Assembly (NCBI GenBank): GCA_963727825.1 | Contig: CAVSHO010000007.1 | Span: 192,001 to 256,000, forward strand | DNA: 64,000 nucleotides | Origin: Ignavibacteriota bacterium | GTDB lineage: Bacteria > Bacteroidota > Ignavibacteria > UBA10030 | Reading direction: 5' to 3' | Shown here: piece after piece, positions 29,680 through 40,757 of the stretch | How positions within the stretch are numbered: position 1 is the stretch's first letter | Layout of the letters: each line of letters starts with the position of its first letter | Position numbers and translations under genes: made by a program | Notes under the pieces: model-generated | The model's database searches: none | What the model saw: only the letters and a program-made list of their open reading frames with translations | What the model was told of the DNA's origin: nothing

Positions 29680-30999
29680 TCAGAAATTATAACCGAAATT
29701 AACGCTAATAATACTGGCGTTGGTGCTATAAGTTCCGGGAACCGTTGGTGTGGTGTTACCTGCACCGGAAGAAAATGGGGCAGTTTTATCGGCAAATAAC
29801 ACAAGCATATATGCCGCATCGATATATAATTTATCGGTAATTTTACAGCTTGCGCCAACCGTAAGATCAGTACGATCTGCATCGGGAAGCATAGGCTCTG
29901 TGACACTCGCAGGCTGCGGTGTCATATCCTCGATTGCTCCTATGCGAGCGGTCCAATTCTCATTTAATTTATATTCTGCACCGATGCGGAGAATTGGTTC
30001 ATCATCCCAATTTTTCGTATAGGTTACCGTGCCTGCGGGGGCAGGTAAATTGAGTTGAAGTTTATCATATGAAGACCATTGGACATACTGGAAATTGGCT
30101 TCGATTCTTAAGTCAGGTGACAGCATATACGCTGCACCAACATATAAATTCCCCGGCATGGGAAGAGTTGCTGTTCCGGTTCCATTTGGAAAGCCTGGAG
30201 CCAACACACTCATATTTGTGTAGGTTGCGTTTCCTGAAAAATCGATTTTGGTTGTTATCCGATATGATAAACCCAGTGATAATTTATCTACCGGTTTGTA
30301 TATAACACCAAGATTCGCATTAAATCCGTTTCCAGTGCCTTTTAATTCCATGTTTCCATTAAGACCATTTAGAATCGGAAAATATGCGGACGGACCGATC
30401 AGGCCCAAAGGAATAGATTTCGTCATATCAACGGTTGCATATACATAACTTACTCCCAAGCCGACTGAAAGATCGTTGTTAATTTTATATGCAATTGTTG
30501 GATTGAAATAATATGTTGCAATATTTGAATTAACGGATAGATAACTCCCGAGATAATTTCCGTAAAAAGGTGCAGTGGCTATTGTTTGTCCCCATAAATT
30601 AGGCCATTGTGTCCCCAATCCAAATGGATTGTAAATTCCAAGTCCAACAACGATCTGATCATTAACCTGATATGATCCATAAATATTAAAAGGAGTAAAT
30701 ACTTGAGAATTAGTAGATATAGAACCGGCTTGCATGAATGAGCCGGATGCAGGCGAATAAGTGGTCGATGGTATAATAAAATTAATACCGCCGAGAACAT
30801 TAATGCCGCTTTGGAATGCAAGTCCGGCTGGATTGAAATAAATTGCAGAAGGATCGGAAGCTGTTGCTACGAAAGCTCCGCCCATACCGACGGCTCGTGC
30901 GTCTTGTTCGTTAAGCTGATACCCGCCAGCAAACATAACGCCGACAACCAAGGCAGAAAGGACGATAATCCCGATTAAACGATTTGTAATGTTCCTCAA
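29680..30999 (-). CDS. OmpP1/FadL long-chain fatty acid transporter
   Basis: ARAVGMGGA, AIYFNPAGL, terminal YNF. Likely TTG start at 30999 after an AGGAGG SD. Confidence 0.9.
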   Translation of the reverse strand: MRNITNRLIGIIVLSALVVGVMFAGGYQLNEQDARAVGMGGAFVATASDPSAIYFNPAGLAFQSGINVLGGINFIIPSTTYSPASGSFMQAGSISTNSQVFTPFNIYGSYQVNDQIVVGLGIYNPFGLGTQWPNLWGQTIATAPFYGNYLGSYLSVNSNIATYYFNPTIAYKINNDLSVGLGVSYVYATVDMTKSIPLGLIGPSAYFPILNGLNGNMELKGTGNGFNANLGVIYKPVDKLSLGLSYRITTKIDFSGNATYTNMSVLAPGFPNGTGTATLPMPGNLYVGAAYMLSPDLRIEANFQYVQWSSYDKLQLNLPAPAGTVTYTKNWDDEPILRIGAEYKLNENWTARIGAIEDMTPQPASVTEPMLPDADRTDLTVGASCKITDKLYIDAAYMLVLFADKTAPFSSGAGNTTPTVPGTYSTNASIISVNFGYNF

Positions 31000-31195
31000 G
31001 GTGACCTCCTGAAGTGAAGTGAGTGGTTTGTGATTTGTTGTTAAATCAAACAAAGCGTTGTGTATTCTGTTCCAATTGAAAGCAGTATAATAAATGAATT
31101 ATTAAGATGCAATTTTCAGAATATAAATTCAGTATTATGGATAGTAACAATAAGGGAAATGGTTAATCGGTAGTTATAAAAAATTCGTTGGTAAG

Positions 31196-31219
31196 AAAAA
31201 GCCTCCAAGTGGAGGCTTT
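31196..31219 (-). terminator. Terminator of rplU-rpmA
   Basis: AAAGCCTCCA-AG-TGGAGGCTTT hairpin with a T-run on the minus strand. Confidence 0.75.
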
Positions 31220-31236
31220 GTGAGAATAGCTTGATT

Positions 31237-31494
31237 TCAACCGGCTTGCACAATACTAATACGCTGCCTTGCCTTGCCAATGCGTTCAAATTTAACAACG
31301 CCTGTAGCAAGTGCAAAGAGAGTGTCATCACTGCCGATTCCAACATTGATGCCTGGATGAAACTTTGTGCCGCGTTGACGCACGAGGATATTGCCGGCAA
31401 GCACAACCTGACCGCCGAAACGTTTAACCCCGAGGCGTTGGGCATTACTTTCGCGGCCGTTTCTAGAACTTCCACCGCCTTTTTTATGAGCCAT
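31237..31494 (-). CDS. rpmA: 50S ribosomal protein L27
   Basis: [16 protein letters not shown]...RQRGTK. Confidence 0.99.
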   Translation of the reverse strand: MAHKKGGGSSRNGRESNAQRLGVKRFGGQVVLAGNILVRQRGTKFHPGINVGIGSDDTLFALATGVVKFERIGKARQRISIVQAG

Positions 31495-31508
31495 ACTACC
31501 TCTCCAGT

Positions 31509-31817
31509 CTAAGCAAGATTTGTTATTTCAATTTCTGTGTACTGTTGTCTATGTCCGTTGCGTACTCTGTAACCCTTCCGCTTCTTCTTTTTGAGCACTA
31601 TGACAGTTTCATCTTTCACGTGTCGCAGCACTTTCGCTTCGACAAACGCTCCTTTAATAAAAGGACTGCCGACAGTTGCTTTCTTATCATCACTCGTCAG
31701 GATTACTTTATCAAACTTTACCGTCGAGCCAACTTCCGACTGTATTTTCGGTACGAACACCTTATCAGAAGGGGAAACCTTCACTTGTGTTCCTGCAATT
31801 TCTACTACTGCGTACAT
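31509..31817 (-). CDS. rplU: 50S ribosomal protein L21
   Basis: [14 protein letters not shown]...[18 protein letters not shown]. Confidence 0.98.
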   Translation of the reverse strand: MYAVVEIAGTQVKVSPSDKVFVPKIQSEVGSTVKFDKVILTSDDKKATVGSPFIKGAFVEAKVLRHVKDETVIVLKKKKRKGYRVRNGHRQQYTEIEITNLA

Positions 31818-31911
31818 TATTGTCCTCAATTTGATTACAATCGTTTTTGAACTATACAATTTACTGAAAAAGCGTAAGAGAGTCAACGAATTTTGTAAGA
31901 AATGGAAAATT

Positions 31912-32757
31912 TCATTTCCCAACTAATTTGTCTTCGAGAACTTGCCGTATCTGTTCCAAAGGCATTTCCACTCCTGTCCAGAGCTGAAACGCCGCTGCTC
32001 CTTGGTTGATAAACATTCCCAAACCGTCAATTGTTTTTGCGCCGGCGGCTTGTGCGTCGCTTTGAAGGCGAGTAATCAATGGACGATAAACAAGGTCGAA
32101 GATAATATGCTTGGATGATAACCAATGTGGATTTGGAAGTGGAGAGTCAAGAACATGAGGGAACATTCCTACATCAGTCGCATTGACGATGAGCGTGGAG
32201 TCCTTAATTGCAGTTTCAAGCGTCGCATCGGTACAATGAATAACATTAAATAGGATATCACTGCTTCCAAGGTTTTTAATAAGCGCGTGAGCTTGCTCTG
32301 GAAATAGAGCTGAGAAAGTAATCGCCTTTGGTTTGATATTATGAATAAGAACGTATGCCACTGAACGAGCCACACCGCCGGAACCTATAATTGTACACAT
32401 TTTACCCTCGATTTTTTCTCGATCGAGGCGAAGCGATCTTTCAACGCCGATAACATCTGTGTTATATCCAATAAGCTTATTATTGAGATTTACGACAGTG
32501 TTCACAGCGCCGATTGCACGTGCTTCCGGAACGACTTCATCAATAAGAGGAATGATTGTTTCTTTATGCGGAATGGTCACGTTAAATCCGCCCCATTTCT
32601 GTTCTCTGAATCGTTCAATTGCTTGTTTCAAAGAAGCTGGTTCGATGTCAAGCATTTCATACTCGCAATCCAACCCAAGCAGTTTGAATGCCGTATTGTG
32701 CATTAGCGGAGAAAGGGAATGACCAATTGGATGGCCGATAACTGCAAAATGTTTCAT
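31912..32757 (-). CDS. aroE: Shikimate dehydrogenase
   Basis: HSLSPLMHN, NVTIPHK, GAVNT, NTD, DLVY. Confidence 0.96.
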   Translation of the reverse strand: MKHFAVIGHPIGHSLSPLMHNTAFKLLGLDCEYEMLDIEPASLKQAIERFREQKWGGFNVTIPHKETIIPLIDEVVPEARAIGAVNTVVNLNNKLIGYNTDVIGVERSLRLDREKIEGKMCTIIGSGGVARSVAYVLIHNIKPKAITFSALFPEQAHALIKNLGSSDILFNVIHCTDATLETAIKDSTLIVNATDVGMFPHVLDSPLPNPHWLSSKHIIFDLVYRPLITRLQSDAQAAGAKTIDGLGMFINQGAAAFQLWTGVEMPLEQIRQVLEDKLVGK

Positions 32758-32825
32758 AATAGATACATATCCTAATTTTATAAAAAGTGAAAAACGTAGA
32801 AATCAGTTGCAATATTGAAGAGCGG

Positions 32826-34244
32826 TCAGTGTTTTTTAAAAAGATGTGCGAACACTTGATCGGTCAAGAGGCTGGGATATAATTGTTCAAAATCTTTTTT
32901 CATATCTGGCACCAAATGAAAGGCGATAAAAAATTCGTTCGATGCTTCTTCTTTTGAATTCATTGCCAACAGTACTTTTCCTCGACTAAAGTATGCCGGT
33001 GCAAATTTTGGATCAAGTCTTATGCATTCTCCTAACGCCGATAGTGCTCTGTCATAGGATCCTTTTTCACCAAGAGTGTCTCCGAGATCAAACCAAATTT
33101 CCGGATCTTTCGGATCCAATGTAACAACTTTTCGATAACACTCCAGGCAATCATCAATTCGTCCAAGATTATACAATGCATCTCCGCAGGCGTACCAATA
33201 TTCCGGATATTCAGAATTAATCTCAGCGGCTTTCTGATATTCAATCAAAGCCTGTGCCGTTTGCCCGATCGCATCGTAGCAGCATCCTTTGCCAAAAAAT
33301 GATTCATGGTGCCGATTGTTAATATTAATTGCGGCTGAATAGCAGGCGATGGCTTCGGTGAAGTCATTTAATTCCTCATACGCATTACCTAGATTATGCA
33401 ATGCCGCTACGTCTTTCGGTTCATACTGGAGAGTTGTCTTGAAACATCTAATAGCGTCCTGAAGCCGTCCAAGATTTGCGTACCCGTTGCCCATGTTATA
33501 CCATGCCGCAGGGAAATCCTCCTTAATCGCTAAAGCATATTCGTAGCTTTCAATGGCTTTAGTGAATTGCCCAATTCGATTCTGGACGATACCTTTATTA
33601 TACCAGGCATTATAATTATACGGATCGTGATTGATATGTTCGTTATAACAGCGGATGGATTCTTCTGGCTTGTCAAGATAATCGTAACAATATCCAAGTT
33701 CATACCACGCATCAATATAATCTGCATCGATTTGAAGAATATGATGGAAGATAGATTCTGCTTCCGTGTATCGTTCAAGTTTTTCCAGTGTCACACCCTT
33801 GTGGAACAGTGCATCTTGATGGGATGGATCAAGTTCGAGTGCTTGGTCGAACGAGTCCATCGATTCATTTATGCGATTCAAATTATCTAAGGTTATACCG
33901 CGATTTATGTATACCTCTGGATCGGTAGGATTCAGTCCTAGCGCTTTCTCGAAACAGACAAGTGCCTCATCATACTTGAATAAATTATTGAGGATCATAC
34001 CTCTCCTCTGCCAAGCATCTGCATTGAAAGGCTCAAATGAGAGCAACCGTTCTGCATAAATTAAAGCATCATCAAACTTATCGTGTTCAAAATAGAATTG
34101 GATAATTTCTTCCAACGCTTCTGGATTGTTAATATCTTTGCCGCCATTACGCAGTAATTCACGGAACCGCCGAACATCATCTTCTGAATGTTTGTTTGGT
34201 TTCGGGCCTATATTATTGTCATCAAAATGATCAAGATTAGACAC
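32826..34244 (-). CDS. Tetratricopeptide repeat protein
   Basis: About 11 tandem 34-aa TPR units (AWYN.G...A...Y..A). Confidence 0.92.
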   Translation of the reverse strand: MSNLDHFDDNNIGPKPNKHSEDDVRRFRELLRNGGKDINNPEALEEIIQFYFEHDKFDDALIYAERLLSFEPFNADAWQRRGMILNNLFKYDEALVCFEKALGLNPTDPEVYINRGITLDNLNRINESMDSFDQALELDPSHQDALFHKGVTLEKLERYTEAESIFHHILQIDADYIDAWYELGYCYDYLDKPEESIRCYNEHINHDPYNYNAWYNKGIVQNRIGQFTKAIESYEYALAIKEDFPAAWYNMGNGYANLGRLQDAIRCFKTTLQYEPKDVAALHNLGNAYEELNDFTEAIACYSAAININNRHHESFFGKGCCYDAIGQTAQALIEYQKAAEINSEYPEYWYACGDALYNLGRIDDCLECYRKVVTLDPKDPEIWFDLGDTLGEKGSYDRALSALGECIRLDPKFAPAYFSRGKVLLAMNSKEEASNEFFIAFHLVPDMKKDFEQLYPSLLTDQVFAHLFKKH

Positions 34245-34392
34245 TGCTTACTCCATCTTCAATAATTCACTTATCAATAAAAGAAATTAACGACTTGAAG
34301 TCAAGAAATGCACAAAGACACCATTTAATTTTTTACAAATTCGCTCATTTATGAGTAGTGGGCCATTTTTACATCGTCAATTAATCTAAAGT

Positions 34393-34487
34393 TAGATTCC
34401 CGCTTACAATCCGCGGGAATGACAAAAAAAAGTAAAATGTCATTCCCGTCCCGATTGATGCCTTCAATCGGGACTATCGGGAATCTA
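34393..34487. repeat. Inverted pair of ATTCCCG..CGGGAAT (dRS3/RPE-like) palindromes, the second carrying a nested hairpin
   Basis: TAGATTCCCGC..GCGGGAATGACA / TGTCATTCCCG[TCCCGATTGA-TGCCT-TCAATCGGG]ACTATCGGGAATCTA. Confidence 0.75.
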
Positions 34488-34565
34488 AATTCGCCCAATA
34501 CCCATTTATGTTTGTATTTGATTTTTGCAGCGAGTTGGAGTATATTTAATGTTCGTAAAAGCAGA

Positions 34566-35266
34566 ATGATTGCTGAAAATCTCAAAAATATGCGGAAACG
34601 CATTGAGCAGGCCTGCCAAAAGTGTGGACGGAAGATTGATGACGTACAGCTTATTGCGGTCGCGAAAACGTTTTCCGTAGAATTGATAAAGGAAGCAATC
34701 GATGCGGGTCAGATAGATTTTGGTGAAAATTACGTTCAGGAATTGCAGGAAAAACACAAGGCTCTCGCTGAACGAGAAGTACATTGGCATTTCATCGGTC
34801 ATCTGCAATCGAACAAGGCGAAATATATAGCCGAATATGTCGATCTCATTCACTCAGTCGACAATCTAAATCTCGGCAAAGAAATCAGCAAGCGAGCCGA
34901 ACGATGCAATCGTGTTCAAGATGTTCTGGTGGAAGTCCACACCACCGATGAAGCAACAAAGTTCGGCGTTCAGCCGGAACATACAATCGCCTTGATAAAA
35001 GAGTTGTCGCAGTTGTCTCATCTTCGAGTCTGCGGATTGATGACCATGGGACCATTTTCGGATAACCCGAATGATTCTTGTTCTTCATTCCGATGTGCGG
35101 CTGAACTGAAAAAGCAAATTGAAGCCGAAGGGAATTGATGAATGTGCAGATGCGTCACCTTTCGATGGGCATGACGCATGATTTTGATGTAGCGATTGAA
35201 GAAGGAGCTACGCTAGTTCGAATTGGAACGGCAATATTTGGAAGACGCACAAAGGACTTGAATTGA
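34566..35266 (+). CDS. yggS: PLP homeostasis protein YggS, frameshift near 35131
   Basis: [31 protein letters not shown]-terminus [28 protein letters not shown] is in a shifted frame. Confidence 0.93.
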
Positions 35267-35277
35267 AAGGAACGACG

Positions 35278-35805
35278 ATGAAAATTACACCGTTAGAAAT
35301 TAAGAATCAGCAGTTCAAGAAATCGATGCGCGGATATGATCCCGTAGAAGTAGAGACTTTTCTTGAAATGGTCTCGAACGAAATGGAAGATTTGATACGC
35401 GAAAATAGGGAACAGAAAGATCAACTCCTTCAGCAGGAAACGCAGCTTGCTGATTATAAAAACATTGAAAAGACACTTCAGCAAACTTTAATGCAAGCGC
35501 AGGAAACAAGCGGAAAATCCATTGAAAATTCCAAGCGTGAGGCAGAGATTATCGTAAAGGAGGCAGAGGTCAAGGCGTCACAAATTGTGGAAAAAGCGCG
35601 GCTTGATTTTGCCCATATTAAAGAAGAAATCTCGCAGCTCAAAGCAAGGAAAGAAAGCGTTTTAAGTCGATTAAAAGTCTTGCTCTCGTCAGAATTAAAT
35701 TTGATGAAAGCGCTTGAGATTGATGATGACGAAGGAAAGAAAGATCCGTCTAGAGGTACAGGAAAAGATTTTTTAGAGCTTGAACAGATTCTGAAGAAGT
35801 TGTAA
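35278..35805 (+). CDS. divIVA: DivIVA-domain protein
   Basis: ITPLEIKNQQFKKSMRGYDPVEVETFL followed by a coiled coil. Confidence 0.9.
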   Translation: MKITPLEIKNQQFKKSMRGYDPVEVETFLEMVSNEMEDLIRENREQKDQLLQQETQLADYKNIEKTLQQTLMQAQETSGKSIENSKREAEIIVKEAEVKASQIVEKARLDFAHIKEEISQLKARKESVLSRLKVLLSSELNLMKALEIDDDEGKKDPSRGTGKDFLELEQILKKL

Positions 35806-35819
35806 TAGAGGATTCAAAG

Positions 35820-36647
35820 ATGATAGAACTAAGAAATCAAATTGCGCAAGCGTCAGAATTTATCCGTACCAAAACGGATGCAAAACCGAAGATCGGCATC
35901 ATTCTTGGAACCGGTCTTGGCGGGTTGGTGAAAGAGATCAAAAAGGAAGTTGTTATCGATTACGCCAATATCCCGTATTTTCCAATATCAACTGTCGAGT
36001 CACATCACGGTAAATTGATTTTCGGAACTCTTGCCGGGAAAAAAATCGTGGCTATGCAGGGACGTTTTCATCTTTATGAAGGATATAATCTGAAGCAAGT
36101 CACGTTTCCGGTTCGTGTGATGAAGTTTCTCGGTGTAAAAAGTATTCTCATTTCCAATGCCGCAGGTGCGCTCAATACGCTTTTTCGAAAAGGCGATGTG
36201 ATGATTATTTCTGACCACATTAATTTACTGGGCGATAATCCGCTTATAGGTCCTAATGATGATAAACTCGGGCCGCGATTTCCAGATATGTCGGAAGCAT
36301 ATAACAAAGACCTCATCGCACTCGCCGAACAAGCCGCACTTGATTTGAAGATTCGCGTACAGAAAGGCGTGTACATTGCTATGCAAGGACCAAATCTTGA
36401 GACGAAAGCCGAATATCGTTTTTTACGGACTATTGGTGCAGATGCTGTAGGAATGTCTACGATCCCTGAAGTCATAGTAGCAGTCCATATGGGAATGAGA
36501 GTTCTTGGTTTTTCAATTCTCACTGATGAATGTTTCCCGGACGCGCTGAAGCCGGCGTTGCTGGAAGAGATACTAAAAGTTGCCATGAAAGCTGAACCAA
36601 AAATGACAGCGATTATGAAGGAAGTTGTGAAGAGAATGAAGCCATAA
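35820..36647 (+). CDS. Purine nucleoside phosphorylase (trimeric type)
   Basis: ILGTGLG, GRFHLYEG, NAAG, GADAVGMST. Confidence 0.95.
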   Translation: MIELRNQIAQASEFIRTKTDAKPKIGIILGTGLGGLVKEIKKEVVIDYANIPYFPISTVESHHGKLIFGTLAGKKIVAMQGRFHLYEGYNLKQVTFPVRVMKFLGVKSILISNAAGALNTLFRKGDVMIISDHINLLGDNPLIGPNDDKLGPRFPDMSEAYNKDLIALAEQAALDLKIRVQKGVYIAMQGPNLETKAEYRFLRTIGADAVGMSTIPEVIVAVHMGMRVLGFSILTDECFPDALKPALLEEILKVAMKAEPKMTAIMKEVVKRMKP

Positions 36648-36774
36648 TGCAAAATTAAAATATAAATGAAAAATCGCTGAATCATGAAATCGTCAAATCG
36701 TAAATCACTTAGATGTTACGCAATACCAACGTGATACCAATAAATATAAAATGAAATAGAATAGAATAAAACGC

Positions 36775-36830
36775 ACCACCCCTGCCTACCGGCAGGCAGG
36801 CCTTCATCCCCTCCTCGTTTGAGGAGGGGA
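36775..36830. repeat. Solo CCCCTC-type REP-like hairpin with a nested CCTGCCTACCGGCAGGCAGG 20-mer
   Basis: ACCACC[CCTGCCTACCGGCAGGCAGG]CCTTCATCCCCTCCTCGTTTGAGGAGGGGA. Same architecture as the repeats flanking DUF559. Confidence 0.7.
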
Positions 36831-36962
36831 AACCGTCCTAATTTATGATACTTTCTAATATGCAATATCTCAATATCGGGACGGAGGGGAGGTGGACAAC
36901 TTTAAATAATATACAATACATAAATCACTTAATAACCAAATTATCAAATAGAAATTCTTAGA

Positions 36963-39900
36963 ATGTTCAAGCAGTTAACAGACAAATTAAATTACCACGA
37001 ACTCGAATCAGAAATTCTGAAGTCCTGGGAAACGAACGACATTTTCAAAAAGAGTATCTCCACGCGTGAAGGGAAAGAGGAGTTCACTTTTTACGAAGGT
37101 CCGCCGACGGCAAACGGCCGCCCCGGTATTCATCATGTGATGGGTCGGACTCTGAAGGACATAATTTGCCGCTACAAGACGATGCAGGGATTTCAAGTAC
37201 ATCGCAAAGCAGGTTGGGATACACACGGCTTGCCGGTTGAAATAGAAGTGGAAAAATCGCTTGGTTTCAAACACAAAGATGACATTGTCGGTTACGGTGT
37301 GGCTAAGTTTAACGAAGAATGCAAGAAGTCGGTTTGGAAATATAAAACAGATTGGGAAGAATTGACGAAGATGATGGGCTACTGGGTTGACCTCCAGCAT
37401 CCGTATGTCACCTTCGAGAACAATTATATCGAATCCATTTGGTGGGCACTGAAGCAGTATTTCAACAAAGGTCTTATTTATAAAGGATACAAAATTCAGC
37501 CGTACTGCCCGCGATGTGAAACACCATTGTCATCCCACGAAGTTTCGCTTGGTTACAAAGATGTCAAAGATCCATCTGTCTATTTAAAATTGAAAGTGAA
37601 AGGGGAAGAGAATACTTTTTTCCTTGTCTGGACAACGACGCCATGGACATTGATCTCGAACGTCGCTATCGCTGTTCATCCTGAAATTGATTACGTGAAA
37701 GTTGAACATAAAGGTGAAAAATTAATTCTTGCCGAAGCACGTTTGTCTGTGCTTGGTGATGAATACGTTGAGCTGGAAAAATTCAAAGGCGCAGCGCTTG
37801 CCGGCAAAGAATACGAGCGAATGTATTCGTATCATCAAGTGAAAGAAAAAGGATGGTACGTCGTCCTCGCTGATTTTGTTACGACGGAAGACGGCTCCGG
37901 TATTGTTCATATGGCTCCGGCGTATGGCGAAGATGATTATCAAATTGGTAGGAAGTATGGTTTACCGACAATTCATCCGGTGAATAAATCAGGTGAGTTC
38001 AATTCTGAAGTCACCGATTTTGCCGGCATGTTTGTGAAAGATGCCGATCAGGAGATCATTCAAAATCTTCGTCATCGAAATATTCTCTACAAGAAGGAAA
38101 TGCATCTCCACAGTTATCCGCATTGCTGGCGGTGTTTGTCGCCGTTATTGTATTATGCGCGCGAATCGTGGTACATTCGCACTACCGAATATTCGAAACG
38201 AATGATCGAGATGAACAAACAGATCAATTGGATTCCACCGGAAGTCGGCGCCGGCAGATTCGGTAACTGGCTTGAAGACAATAAGGACTGGGCGCTTTCT
38301 CGCGATCGTTTCTGGGGAACACCGCTACCCATTTGGCTGTGCGAAAAATGCGGTAAACAAAAATGCATTGGCAATGTGGAAGAATACAGGAAAGGTGCGA
38401 ATGTTTCGGAGCCGCTGGATTTACATAAGCCGTATGTTGATAATGTAACGTTTGTATGCGACTGCGGCAGGCACAATGAAACGCACGCCTGAGCTTATAG
38501 ATGTATGGTTCGATTCCGGCTCAATGCCGTTCGCACAATGGCACTATCCATTCGAGAATAAGGAAAGATTTGAGAGGGTATATCCTGCCGATTTTATTTC
38601 TGAAGGCATCGATCAAACGCGCGGATGGTTTTATACATTACATGCCATCGGCACATTTCTTTTCGACAAACCGGCGTTCAAAAATGTGCTCGTCAACGAA
38701 CTTATTCTCGATAAGCAAGGACAGAAAATGTCCAAGTCGAAGAACAACACAGTTGACCCATTTGAACTGCTTAAAAAATACAGCGCTGACACGGTGCGTT
38801 GGTATTTGGTTTCGCAAAGCCCTGTATGGCGGCCTACGTTATTTGATTCAGAAGTAATAGGCGAAGTTCAGCGGAAATTCTTCAGCACGCTTGTGAATAC
38901 GTACTCCTTTTTTGCGCTCTATGCGAATGTGGATGGATTCAATAACGGCGAACTGAGAATTCCAACAAGCGATCGGCAGGAAATTGATCAGTGGATTTTG
39001 TCTGAGTTGAATTCACTTATAAAAAATTATAATCAATCGATGGAAGGGTATGATGTAACACGGGCTGCGAGAGCTGTAAGTGATTTCACGATTGATCAGC
39101 TTTCCAATTGGTACGTGCGCCGCAACCGGCGGCGTTTCTGGAAAAGTGAAAAAGGGAAAGATAAAACCGCGGCATATCAAACTTTACATGAATGTCTACT
39201 AACGATTAGCAAACTCATTGCTCCATTCGCCCCGTTTTTGTCGGATGAAATATATCACAATCTGATGATGGGAAATAAATCGGTGTTAGAGTCTGTTCAT
39301 CTTGAAACAATGCCGATGCCGAATTCGAGTATTATCAATTTGGAACTCGAGCATCGGATGGAATATGTAATCCGGATAGTCGGACTTGTGCGGGCCATGC
39401 GGATGAAATCAAATTTAAAAGTTCGCCAGCCTCTTCAGAAAATTATTCTGCCGGTAAAATCCGAAGCAGATCGGAAAGAAATAGCATTGATGGAAGATGT
39501 GATTCTTGAAGAAATAAATGTTAAACAGATTGAATACGTCGCAGATGAATCTGCTATCATTAAAAAGAAATCAAAACCGAACTTTAAATCTCTTGGTCCA
39601 AAGTTTGGTAAATCAGTCCAACCGATAGCAGCTAGATTGCGTGAATTGACAGCCGAAGAAATTACCATGCTCCAATCGCAAGGAACTCTTTTGTTAAGAG
39701 TTGACGGCAAAGATTACACGATAGATACAAACGATGTGGAAATATTACACGAAGATATTCAAGGCTGGTTAGTTGAAACCGATGGCTCGCTGACAGTTGC
39801 GTTGGATACAGCTTTGACAGATGCACTCATCGACGAGGGGCTGGCGCGTGAATTTGTGAATCGAGTACAAAACCTGCGGAAAGATTCAGGTTTTGAAGTA

Positions 39901-40095
39901 ATAGATCGGATTCATATTCAGCATGCATCTTCAGAGCGCTTAACCAAAGCGCTGAACCGTATGACAGAATATGTGAAGCAAGAAACATTGGCAATTGATC
40001 TTCAGACAATCTCTAAAGAAGATGCCCAGAAACTTACAATAAAAAGTGAAGATATTAATGGTGAACAAAGTTTAATTGCAGTTGTGAGAATTTAG
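36963..40095 (+). CDS. ileS: Isoleucine--tRNA ligase, type 2; frameshift near 38469 (probable sequencing error)
   Basis: EGPPTANG, GIHH, GWDTHGLP, WTTTPWTL, SRDRFWGTP, DVWFDSG, KMSKS. Confidence 0.97.
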
Positions 40096-40159
40096 TTTAT
40101 ATTTGTGAAAGTTTAATTGATCGTTTTTAATATTGTCGCGATAACGCGGGAGAAAAGCC

Positions 40160-40666
40160 ATGGCAAAGAAAAAAGTTGCAAAAAAACCAACAGTGAAGAA
40201 AATAACCAGGCGCGTTTCGACGAAAGCCAAACGAAAAATCAGCATAAAGAAATCAAAACCGAAAGCTGCTGTCCAGAAAATTCAGTCCAAAAAAGGTTAC
40301 AGCAAAACTGAACTCGAACAATTCAAGAAAATAATTCTGGAAAAAAGAAAAGAAATACTTGAAGAACTTGAATCGCTAAAATCGACGATAATGGATGTAA
40401 CTACAGGGCAATACGAGATTGAAAATTCAACTTACTCGCTTCACATGGAACAGGGTACGGACGCAATGGAGCGGGAGAAAACATTTCTTTTTGCTTCGCG
40501 CGAAGGTAAGTTTCTTAATTACTTAGACGACGCTTTGCAGCGTATCCAGCATGGTACATACGGGTTCTGTTCTGAATGCGGTAATCTGATTGATAAGGAA
40601 CGACTCATGGCGGTTCCACATGCACACCAGTGCGTTAAATGCAAAATGAAAAAAGGCGGTAACTAG
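40160..40666 (+). CDS. TraR/DksA C4 zinc-finger protein with a Lys-rich N-terminus
   Basis: ALQRIQHGTYGFCSECG...RLMAVPHAHQCVKC. Confidence 0.9.
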   Translation: MAKKKVAKKPTVKKITRRVSTKAKRKISIKKSKPKAAVQKIQSKKGYSKTELEQFKKIILEKRKEILEELESLKSTIMDVTTGQYEIENSTYSLHMEQGTDAMEREKTFLFASREGKFLNYLDDALQRIQHGTYGFCSECGNLIDKERLMAVPHAHQCVKCKMKKGGN

Positions 40667-40757
40667 CTATCAGTGATCGATGATAAATCAGTAATCACAA
40701 ATCACTCTTCACGGTTTATTCTTCACTATTCATTCATTACGAATATCGAGGTATTTC

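Noticed and set aside
35125-35145. Selenocysteine or TGA readthrough in yggS
   Set aside because: The missing C-terminus is in a different frame, so this is an indel and not an in-frame TGA.
36650-36960. T-box riboswitch upstream of ileS
   Set aside because: No GGTGGNACC T-box motif or antiterminator; the region is repeat debris.
38440-38495. Programmed frameshift or split ileS
   Set aside because: No slippery heptamer, and similar single-base indels occur throughout the window, so sequencing error is more likely.
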